13,258 bases of DNA from Octopus sinensis (lineage: Eukaryota). Below are positions 1-8,171 of this stretch, one piece after another. The number at the start of each line of letters is the position of its first letter. The stretch's first letter is position 1. The position numbers and the translations under genes are program-made. Below the pieces are notes generated by a model. The model saw nothing but the letters and a program-made list of their open reading frames with translations, was not told the origin of the DNA and searched no databases. The DNA lies in assembly GCF_006345805.1 (NCBI RefSeq), contig NW_021826297.1, forward strand, positions 1-13,258, written 5' to 3'.

Positions 1-17
1 ACACAACACACACACAG

Positions 18-121
18 AAAAATATTCTGTTGATGTTGAAATTTCAATGAAGCTTTGGATCTAATATAGAAACTGGCTCTTTTTCTATTGGCAAGAAATC
101 TTGAAATTAAACTGAATAAGG
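18..121 (+). mobile_element. Possible 3' tail fragment of a (CATA)n-tailed retroelement
   Basis: Unique-looking 100 bp ending ...AAACTGAATAAGG-ACACATACAC, running straight into a TACA/CA repeat (122-154). Resembles a recalled octopus repeat end; not verifiable here. Confidence 0.25.
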
Positions 122-263
122 ACACATACACACACATACACACACACACACACAGATAGTTAGGTATAGATATAGATATGTAAGGATATGGTCCTAACTT
201 TTTAAATAACCATACGATTTTAACGCTTTACTTGTTCTATGTATCCTATGTGATACACCTGGG

Positions 264-317
264 ACATAACCCTGGCGCCCACGTATCATTTATAAGACAT
301 GGGCGCCAGGGTTATGT
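264..317. repeat. Perfect 18-bp inverted repeat with 18-nt spacer
   Basis: ACATAACCCTGGCGCCCA (264-281) is the exact reverse complement of TGGGCGCCAGGGTTATGT (300-317). Confidence 0.9.
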
Positions 318-530
318 ATCATAATGATTTTTCAATCAGGGGAGTAACTCGGAACGTATGAAAGGAAAGCTTTATATTACACAAAACGTATGAAACAAGG
401 GCCTACTAAACGTCTGGACGGTTAGAATAAACTCTTGAAAGTGATTTCGACAGACAAAAGGCTAATTATGCCGAATAAAGAAAACAAATTGGTTACGAAA
501 TAGATTTTATAGCTCTGTAGACAAACTACA

Positions 531-948
531 GGCGCAGGAGTGGCTGTGTGGTAAGTAGCTTGCTAACCAACCACATGGTTCCGGGTTCAGTCCCACTGCG
601 TGGCACCTTGGGCAAGTGTCTTCTACTATAGCCTCAGGGCCGACCAAAGCCTTGTGAGTGGATTTGGTAGACGGAAACTGAAAGAAGCCTGTCGTATATA
701 TGTATATATATATATACTACATATGTGGTGTGTGTGTTTGTGTTTCTTTGTTTGTTCCCCTAGCATTGCTTGACAACCGATGCTGGTGTGTTTGCGTCCC
801 GTCCCGTCAACTAGCGGTTCGGCAAAAGAGACCGATAGAATAAGTACTGGCTTACAAAGAATAAGTCCCGGGGTCGAGTTGCTCGACTAAAGGCGGTGCT
901 CCAGTATGCCGCAGTCGAATGACTGAAACAAGTAAAAGAGTAAAAGTG
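531..948 (+). mobile_element. tRNA-derived SINE, family A, copy 1
   Basis: A-box-like TGGCTGTGTGG (541-551), B-box-like GGTTCAGTCC (584-593), internal (TA)n/(TG)n tract, tail GACTGAAACA-(AGTAAAAG)2. Aligns by eye end to end with 3701-4109 and 10591-11007. Confidence 0.9.
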
Positions 949-1193
949 TAAACTGGAATCGATCTAACGAGTTTCTGATCCTAATAGATTTACGATAGAG
1001 AATGAACACCCTTCTTTTCTCCGTCGAGAGAATAGTAATTTATAGCTGTGTATAGCACTTAGAAACTAGAGTCGGTTAAAGTAGACTCTGTGTAATTCAA
1101 GATCAGAAGAGAGATACTAGGGGTTAGCAATTTGTGAATATTCAGCTTCCAATGAAACGGAACATTCATCATTCAATATCGAATACTCCCTTT

Positions 1194-1616
1194 GGATCTT
1201 TTCGGTTTGAACGGCAGTTTTTAACATAATTTCTAGGTAACTAAAACATTTTAAACTTCGTATACTGGTAGAATGTGTTTATAAAACATCTTTTTCTCTT
1301 GGCTTTATTGAGAAAATTCTATAGTTTGTAAGATTTTGTTGTTTTTTTTTCTTCAATTTCTGCAATTTCAACCAATCAATGACGTCTATTCTGTGCCGTA
1401 TGAATATGTCCCTCGTTTAAAAAACAGGTTGGGTTTATTTACATTTGTGAAGAAAAAAAGATACCCTTCCCCCACCCCTAACCCTAACCTTAACCCTAAC
1501 TAACCCTAACCCTAAAATAGATTGAAATGCAATAGATCGATACTAGGGTCATAATTATGGGTGACAATTTCATATGACACCGCTAGAAAAAACTGCCGTT
1601 CAAACCGAAAAGATCC
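1194..1616. mobile_element. Non-autonomous DNA transposon (MITE) with 29-bp perfect TIRs
   Basis: GGATCTTTTCGGTTTGAACGGCAGTTTTT (1194-1222) is the exact reverse complement of 1588-1616. No coding capacity. Flanks CTCCCTTT / CTCTTTTC are at best a degenerate 8-bp TSD. Confidence 0.9.
1476..1515 (-). repeat. Interstitial telomere-type (TTAGGG)n tract inside the MITE
   Basis: CCCTAA CCCTAA CCTTAA CCCTAA CTAA CCCTAA CCCTAA on the + strand. Confidence 0.9.
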
Positions 1617-1651
1617 CTCTCTTTTCATTTTTTTGTTTACACTCAAGTGTC

Positions 1652-1658
1652 TACATAC

Positions 1659-1689
<31 letters not shown>

Positions 1690-1728
1690 CATACATACAT
1701 ACATACATACATACAAACATACATACAT
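1652..1728. repeat. (CATA)n microsatellite, segment 1
   Basis: Near-perfect TACA repeats. Confidence 0.95.
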
Positions 1729-2272
1729 GGTGGCTGCCCCTCGTTATCGAGTATGGCCATTGCACGAAGCTTAATCAATGTTGTTATCGTGCAATGCCTG
1801 TGCAAGAAGATTTTTTTTGAGGAAAGGCTGTCCACTGAGTCAATCCCACTCACTAAGCAACAGCAGCCATAATTCGAAAAGAACAAGTCAACATCATCGG
1901 TAACCACTGAGCCGCAGGTTTTATTTCGGAGTTATCCCAGTTACCTGAGTTACCTTCTCCTAGAAGGATGCCCTAACAAAGGCTAGGAGTCCTTCACTCC
2001 CAATGGTTTAATCGCGTGATCGGGTATTCAGTTCGATTATTTCTATGTCCCCGCGCATGATACGGCCTTCAGGCATTTATTGGATGGCCGTTGACTCTCA
2101 AGAGTTCCTCTGCCCTTTGACAGGTTTTGTTTTTCATCCCGCAGGGTGTTCAATAAACACCCTCCTCACCAAGCAAGCTTGGTGAGGTTGCCAGTTTAGT
2201 CGCCGACGACCCGACCATGTTTTTGGTTTGTACTGGGTTACATGTTACCAGTAGCATTCGAAAGTGACCGGC
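1729..2272 (-). mobile_element. Non-coding, RTE-like non-autonomous retroelement (5'UTR plus 3' tail) with (TGTA)n tail
   Basis: On the - strand it carries ...CTTCTAGGAGAAGGTAACTC...AAACC, resembling the recalled RTE-clade 5'UTR motif, and ends GCAATGGCCATACTCGATAACGAGGGGCAGCCACC-(ATGT)n, resembling RTE 3' ends. No RT or endonuclease coding; many perfect hairpins; flanked on both sides by CATA repeats. Confidence 0.55.
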
Positions 2273-2278
2273 TATAAT

Positions 2279-2498
2279 ATACATACATACATACATACAT
2301 ACACACATACATACATACATACACACACATACATACATACATACATACATACATACATAAATACATACATACACACATACATACATACATACACACACAT
2401 ACATACATACATACATACATACATACATAAATACATACATACACACATACATACATACATACATACATACATACATACATACATACATACATACATAC
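2279..2498. repeat. (CATA)n microsatellite, segment 2
   Basis: TACA repeats with CACA/TAAA variants. Confidence 0.95.
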
Positions 2499-2789
2499 CA
2501 GATTCTATATCCGGATAACAAATGTACATTTATGGCAATAATAATTGGAGCATTTGGTTTTGTAAGTAAATGCTTAACTGTCAGCCTGGGTAAGCTTCGA
2601 TTTTCAGAAAAAGAAACCACTCAGCTGATTCACACATTACGTATTCACTCGGTAAGCGGAACAGTAAAACTATGCAAGCTTTTTCCCAGCTTTAAAATGT
2701 AAGATTGTTTTCTAGAAACCAACGATAGTGTTTTGTATAATTGTTAGAAACTTCGGAGGAAGTATTTCAATGATTAAAATCAGAAGAGG
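2499..2789 (+). mobile_element. 5'-truncated R4/Dong-clade non-LTR retrotransposon: ORF C-terminus plus 3'UTR (fragment A)
   Basis: Frame +3, 2499-2702, uninterrupted: QILYPDNKCTFMAIIIGAFGFVSKCLTVSLGKLRFSEKETTQLIHTLRIHSVSGTVKLCKLFPSFKM*. Matches the RLE C-terminal pattern (LQ.LY..YKF..IPIIVGALG...GT..I). Followed by an 87-nt UTR and (CATA)n. Missed by the ORF track because it has no start codon upstream. Confidence 0.8.
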
Positions 2790-3144
2790 CATACATACAT
2801 ACATACATACATACATACATACATACATACATACATACATACATACATACATACATACATACATGCATACATACATATATACATACATATATACGTACGT
2901 ACGTACATACATACATACATACACATACATACATATATACATGACTACATACATACTTACATACATACATACATGCACATACATACATACGTACATACGT
3001 ACCTACGTGCATACATACATACATACCTGCTTACATACATGCATACATACATACATACATACATACATACATACATACATACATACATACATACATACAT
3101 ACATACATACATACGTACGTACATACATATATGCATACATACAT
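2790..3144. repeat. (CATA)n microsatellite, segment 3
   Basis: TACA repeats with TACG/TGCA/TATA variants. Confidence 0.95.
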
Positions 3145-3871
3145 CAACAGCATAATTAGGATAGCTAATGAACCTGAGGAAAGGTATGAAATAAGAACTG
3201 ATACAGATCTCTCTCCAAGGAACATTGGTAAAATCTGTTTATCAGAAGAACCGTTCACCGAGAAAATAGTACGAGTACATGGCTACTTGATACGAAAAAG
3301 AAACACAAACCATAGAAAGAATTGGTCCTATCAAAGGCCTGGCATGGAGTACCGACAAGTGTATCACGTCCCACTTCGAAGGCTACCTCCATGCAATTCA
3401 CGAACAAGAGATTCCAGCCAAAAACCTTCAACAAGAAAGGCAGAAAATGTTTAGAGGTAACAAATGTAGAATGTAAAAGAGCAAAGCTGAAGACATCAAT
3501 CATATTGCCAACTGCAAGAGAATGGCTTCCAAATATTATCTTCTCGTGAGACATGATGTGGTGGCCAGAACAGCCTGGAATAGGATAACTAAGAGGAAAA
3601 CACGTACAGATGAAGATGATCATTTTGGAATTGATAGATCAAAAGTATACTGGTGGAACTTAAAATTAAAACAGCCACCAAGTTAAAACAGAACTGGCTA
3701 GACGCAGGAGTGGCTGTGTGGTAAGTAGCTTGCTTACCAACCACATGGTTCCGGGTTCAGTCTCACTGCGTGGCACCTTGGGCAAGTGTCTTCTACTATA
3801 GCCTCGGGCCGACCAAAGCCTTGTGAGTGGATTTGGTAGACGGAAACTGAAAGAAGCCCATCGTATATATG

Positions 3872-3905
<34 letters not shown>

Positions 3906-4206
3906 CGTATTTGTGTCTGTGTTCCCCCCCCCCCATTGCTTGACAACCGATGGTGGTGTGTTTACGTCCCCGTAACTTAGCTGTTCGGCAAAAGACACCG
4001 ATAGAATAAGTACTAGGCTTACAAAGTCCTGGGGTCGATTTGCTCGACTAAAGGTGGTGCTCCAGCATGGCCGCAGTCAAATGACAAACAAGTAAAAGAG
4101 TAAAGAGTATACTGCTGTGTGGGACCATAAGGGAAAAGATATGTGTTCTGTTGTAGAAATAAGCTGCCCTCGGAACACCAATGTGGTTAGAAAAACAAAG
4201 GAGGAA
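3145..4206 (+). pseudogene. Decayed R4/Dong-clade retrotransposon: zinc knuckle plus RLE endonuclease region (fragment B), interrupted by a SINE
   Basis: Manual translation across frameshifts: VHGYL...TSHFEGYLHAIHEQEI (3372-3413), CRM*KSKAEDINHIANC (CCHC knuckle, 3465-3515, second C is a stop), RHDVVAR (3549-3569), YWWNLKLK/TAHKLKQNWLD[SINE]TAVWDHKGKDMCSVVEISCPRNTNVVRKTKEE (degenerate NRPD...EISCP, PD-(D/E)xK nuclease). Confidence 0.85.
3701..4109 (+). mobile_element. tRNA-derived SINE, family A, copy 2 (nested in fragment B)
   Basis: Same A/B boxes, internal (TA)n(TG)n tract and AGTAAAAG-type tail as 531-948. Confidence 0.9.
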
Positions 4207-4267
4207 TGTTGCGTTTCTTAACAATCTTGTCATAAGTTAAAATTCTGTTATGCTAAGTAACCCTATG

Positions 4268-4374
4268 CGTACATGCACACACGTATACACGTACGCACAC
4301 GTACACACATTCACATACACACACAAACACAAACACACGCACATACATACATTTAAATACACACACACACACAC

Positions 4375-4465
<91 letters not shown>

Positions 4466-4466
4466 G

Positions 4467-4541
<75 letters not shown>

Positions 4542-4656
4542 GGATGGATGGATAGATAGATGGATGGATAGATAGATAGAGATAGATAGATAGATAGAGA
4601 GATAGATAGATAGATAGAGAGAGAGATAGATAGATGGATGGATAGATAGATGGATG

Positions 4657-4729
<73 letters not shown>

Positions 4730-4745
4730 GTAGGTAGATAGATAG
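4268..4745. repeat. Compound microsatellite: degenerate (CA)n, (TA)n, then (GATA)n (4407-4745) with GGAT/GAGA variants
   Basis: Directly visible repeats. Confidence 0.95.
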
Positions 4746-4756
4746 ACAGATATAAT

Positions 4757-5030
4757 AGACTATCGGATGTTGATATGCATCGCTGGTCACAATGCGCTTC
4801 ACATTGTTTTAGCTTTCGAATGAGGCCACCTCGCTGGCTAGGTGAGCAGACCAACATTGCCCTTGATCAGGAGGCAAGTCCGTCGCTGGGTAACCCACTT
4901 ACAGCTGAGTGGACTGGAGTAGCGAGGAATGAAATGCTTTGCTGAAGAACACAACGTGGAGCTCGGTCAGGAATCGAACCCATGATTTAGCGATCGTGAG
5001 TGCATTACCCTAACCACCTGGCCACGTGCT
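4757..5030 (-). mobile_element. tRNA-derived SINE, family B
   Basis: On the - strand: A box TGGCCAGGTGGTTAG (5010-5024), B box GGTTCGATTCC (4970-4980), then GTTGTGTTCTTCAGCAAAGC...CTCCAGTCCACTCAGCTG core shared with 10221-10445. Confidence 0.8.
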
Positions 5031-5047
5031 TTCAAGCGCGGGCGGGT

Positions 5048-5048
<1 letters not shown>

Positions 5049-5106
<58 letters not shown>

Positions 5107-5170
5107 CACACATAAACACAAACACACACGCACACACATGTACAGACGCACACACAAACACACACATGCA
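5049..5170. repeat. (CA)n microsatellite
   Basis: Directly visible. Confidence 0.95.
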
Positions 5171-5328
5171 CATATACCTATACGTGCACATGCTCGTATC
5201 TACATGATTATGTATATGCACAGATACTGTGCTTAAAAACGTATCTCTCCCCAGTCTTTGTATCTTGTTCCTTTTCATAAACACTTTCCTTTCTGAAGTG
5301 TGGTTATCTCTTTCTCTCTCAATATTTC

Positions 5329-5727
5329 GCTCTATCTCTCTTTCTATTGTTCTCTCTCTCTGTTGCTCCCTCTCTCTCTCTCTCTGTGTTGCTCTCTCTC
5401 TCTGTTGCTCTCTCTGTCTGTTGCTGTCTCTCTGTTGCTCTCTTTCTCTGTTGCTCTCTCTCTTTGTTGCTCTCTCTCTCTCTGTTGCTCTCTCTCTCTG
5501 TTGCTCTCTCTCTCTCTGTTGCTCTCTCTCTTCTCTCTCTCTTGTTGCTCTCTCTCTCTGTTGCTCTCTCTCTCTGTTGCTCTCTCTCTCTGTCTTGCTC
5601 TCTCTCTCTCTCTACTATTCTCTCCCTCTGTTGCTCTCTCTCTGTTGTTCTCTCTCTGTTGCTCTCTCTCTCTCTCTGTTGCTCTTTCTCTCTCTGTTGC
5701 TCTCGCTCTCGCTCTCTCTCTCTCTTT
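5329..5727. repeat. Compound minisatellite [(CT)k-GTTG]n
   Basis: About 20 units of TGTTG separated by CT runs of variable length, often with a period near 16. Confidence 0.9.
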
Positions 5728-5860
5728 CGTTATTCTATATATTCCCCTCACATACACAAAAGCATACACACATATACACACTGAGAAACGAACGCACAAA
5801 CAAGCATTTCACACATACGCACAAATGCATATACTAAAAAAAACACCGATAAACACACAG

Positions 5861-6029
5861 GGCCACCACTACAGAGAAGCACAACCCATCGAAAAGGAAC
5901 GACGACGATGATGATGACGACGACGATAAGAGCAACAGTGCAAGAAGCAACTCGGAGTACAACGAGGAGAAAACGAATAGTGAAAACGAATTGCTGAGTA
6001 AAGTGAAAGAGAGAAAAGAAAAATTGAAG
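5861..6029 (+). CDS. Possible isolated coding exon (acidic, Asp-rich)
   Basis: ACACAG|G...AAG|GTGTGG boundaries. Frame +3 reads ATTTEKHNPSKRNDDDDDDDDDKSNSARSNSEYNEEKTNSENELLSKVKERKEKLK. Weak splice signals and no recognised homology. Confidence 0.2.
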
Positions 6030-6101
6030 GTGTGGCTTTTGTACAAACATTGGTTCGTTGTTGTGCCTATCCCTTCTTTACATATTTTCACAAAAGAACA
6101 C

Positions 6102-6105
<4 letters not shown>

Positions 6106-6136
<31 letters not shown>

Positions 6137-6453
6137 TCACACACACACACACACACGCAAACACTTCCACTACCACAACCATCACCACCATCGACATCAT
6201 CAACAACGTTACAATCAAGGGAAAAAAGAAAGCAAAATACGAAAGGAACAAAAAAAAAAAAACAAGAAAATTATGTAGGTGTTTCTGAAAGAAAGGAAAA
6301 ATAACCGCCCACCCTACATACATTTAAAACAACAATAAACCAACAATTACAAAAAAAAAAACTAGATCAATAACAAAAGTAAAAATCAAAATAACAAACA
6401 CGAACTATTACTAGTCACATGACATTCAGGTGTGTATGTATGCACACACACAA

Positions 6454-6484
<31 letters not shown>

Positions 6485-6567
6485 AATACAAACACATACA
6501 TACACATACACATATGCAGGTTACATACAGGATGTGCTATATATATGTGTGCGTGAGTGTGTGTATT

Positions 6568-6605
<38 letters not shown>
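6106..6605. repeat. Cluster of (CA)n, (CAC/CAT)n, A-rich and (TG)n (6546-6605) simple repeats
   Basis: Directly visible. Confidence 0.85.
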
Positions 6606-6606
<1 letters not shown>

Positions 6607-6738
6607 CCGATAGGTACCTCCTCTCTGCTTTTTTTACTGCTAAAATGCGATAGAATTCCAAGAAACACCAGCTCGCATTCACACAGCTCTTTTGATTTCC
6701 TTGTATAGTAATGTTGTTCCTTGCCTTCGGCCCCCACC

Positions 6739-7191
6739 GACCACCACCACTCACCACCACCACCACCAAGCGTCCACCCCCACCACCACCCCCACCCACC
6801 CACACCACCACCACTACCACCATACCACCACACCACACCACCACACACCACCACCACCACCCCCAACCACCGCCGCCGCACCACCACCGCCGCCGCCACC
6901 ACCACCACCACCACCACCACCACCAAACAACCACACCACCCAACACCACCACCACTACCACCACCACCACCACCACCACCACCACCACCACCACCACCAC
7001 CACCACAACCACCACCACCACACTACCACCACCACCAACACCACTACAACCACCACCACCACTACCACCACCACTACCACCACCACCACCACCACCACCG
7101 CCGCCGCCCCCACCACCACCACTACTGCCACTCCCACTACCCCCCACTACTACTACTACTAGTACTACTACTACTACTACTACTACTACTA
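6739..7191. repeat. Long (CAC)n trinucleotide array with CGC/CAA/CTA variants ending in pure (CTA)n
   Basis: Directly visible. Accounts for all the poly-P/T/H and poly-G/V/W ORFs. Confidence 0.95.
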
Positions 7192-7242
7192 CAAATCAGC
7201 ATAGACTTGATCTGCTAGATATAGCAGATAAAATTTATTGCA

Positions 7243-7289
<47 letters not shown>

Positions 7290-7298
7290 TAATAATAA
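7243..7298. repeat. (AAT)n microsatellite
   Basis: Directly visible. Confidence 0.95.
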
Positions 7299-7300
7299 AA

Positions 7301-7854
7301 GCCCTGATGCAGTACCAGGCAGTGGCTTTCATGGCTTCTGATCTTAACTGATTGGAAGTGTTATTATGTACATAGTTTTGTCTTGGTATAAAAGATGGGC
7401 TACAGCAAATATTCTGCTCAATACCACAGATTTGCTTGTCAGTTGCTTGACCTTAACCAGTTGAGTATGTCCCTTAGTGGCTGACGATATGTGCATCTCT
7501 GACCACGAGCAGAAGTAGTGGGGGAGCATCATAGCCGTGTGTTGAAAGGAATTCTTAGAGGTTTGAATAATTCACCTTTGGAAACATGGGTGGTTCGTTC
7601 AACATCCTTAAACAATCCTTATTCAGGGATCTTTTGAGCGGGCTGGGCTACTCGACCAGAAAAAAATTTTAACTGGGCCCCACCTGCAAGGTCATGTGCA
7701 GTTTATCTCGATATAAGATCACCATTTCGCGCACGAATGGTTGTGATGCAAGTACCTAGTGTACCCTTATCAGACGGGTAGTCATGATGGGTATACAGGG
7801 TTTCGTATATATTACCCTAGTGTCACCTTGATGGCATGCACTGCTCTCTCACTC
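7301..7854 (+). mobile_element. 554-bp non-coding interspersed repeat bounded by (AAT)n, copy 1
   Basis: Flanked on both sides by (AAT)n. 7512-7843 aligns by eye with 12683-13015. No TIRs, Pol III boxes or ORF. Orientation is tentative. Confidence 0.8.
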
Positions 7855-7871
7855 AATAGTAATAATAATAA

Positions 7872-7948
<77 letters not shown>
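7855..7948. repeat. (AAT)n microsatellite
   Basis: Directly visible. Confidence 0.95.
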
Positions 7949-7949
<1 letters not shown>

Positions 7950-8003
7950 CGTACCTGTCAAGACCTACCAAAAACTGAGCAAATATAAGATCTTGAAATA
8001 GAT
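7945..8003 (+). pseudogene. Short Dong/R4-like RLE fragment starting in (AAT)n
   Basis: INVPVKTYQKLSKY then, restoring one A at 7987-7988, KDLEID. Matches the (E/Q)K..KY.DL.IE motif downstream of the RLE PD...D/E residues. Confidence 0.55.
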
Positions 8004-8026
8004 CTCTCTCTCTCTGTCTCTCTCTG

Positions 8027-8069
<43 letters not shown>

Positions 8070-8096
8070 TACATATACCTGTACATATACATATAC

Positions 8097-8161
<65 letters not shown>

Positions 8162-8168
8162 CACATAC
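8003..8168. repeat. (TC)n followed by (TA)n
   Basis: Directly visible. Confidence 0.95.
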
Positions 8169-8171
8169 ATA

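Noticed and set aside
531-610. tRNA genes at the SINE heads (also 3701, 5030, 10221, 10591)
   Set aside because: A/B boxes are present but there is no full cloverleaf or T-run terminator, and each continues into a SINE body.
1476-1515. True telomere or chromosome-fusion scar
   Set aside because: Only 40 bp, single orientation, and enclosed within MITE TIRs.
2130-2272. Canonical HDV-like or twister ribozyme at the RTE-like 5' end (CTGGCAAC plus hairpins plus GCGGGA; GCCGGTC)
   Set aside because: I could not find matching P1/P2 partners, a TYCHCGY loop or the twister CCCAAGCCC/GAGGG pairing. An Infernal/RNArobo search would settle it.
6611-6735. - strand exon ending GAG|GTACCT
   Set aside because: Weak donor, no acceptor (it runs into the GGT repeat) and no recognisable peptide.
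7301-7854. Hammerhead ribozyme in the AAT element (CTGATGC at 7304; CTGATAA on the - strand at 7767-7773)
   Set aside because: Neither matches CUGANGA with a correctly placed GAAA and closing stems.
1561-8166. Dozens of ORF-track proteins (YVCM, HTYI, LSIY, SLSL, poly-P/T/H/G/V, poly-N/I)
   Set aside because: These are translations of stop-free microsatellite frames and carry no domain signal.
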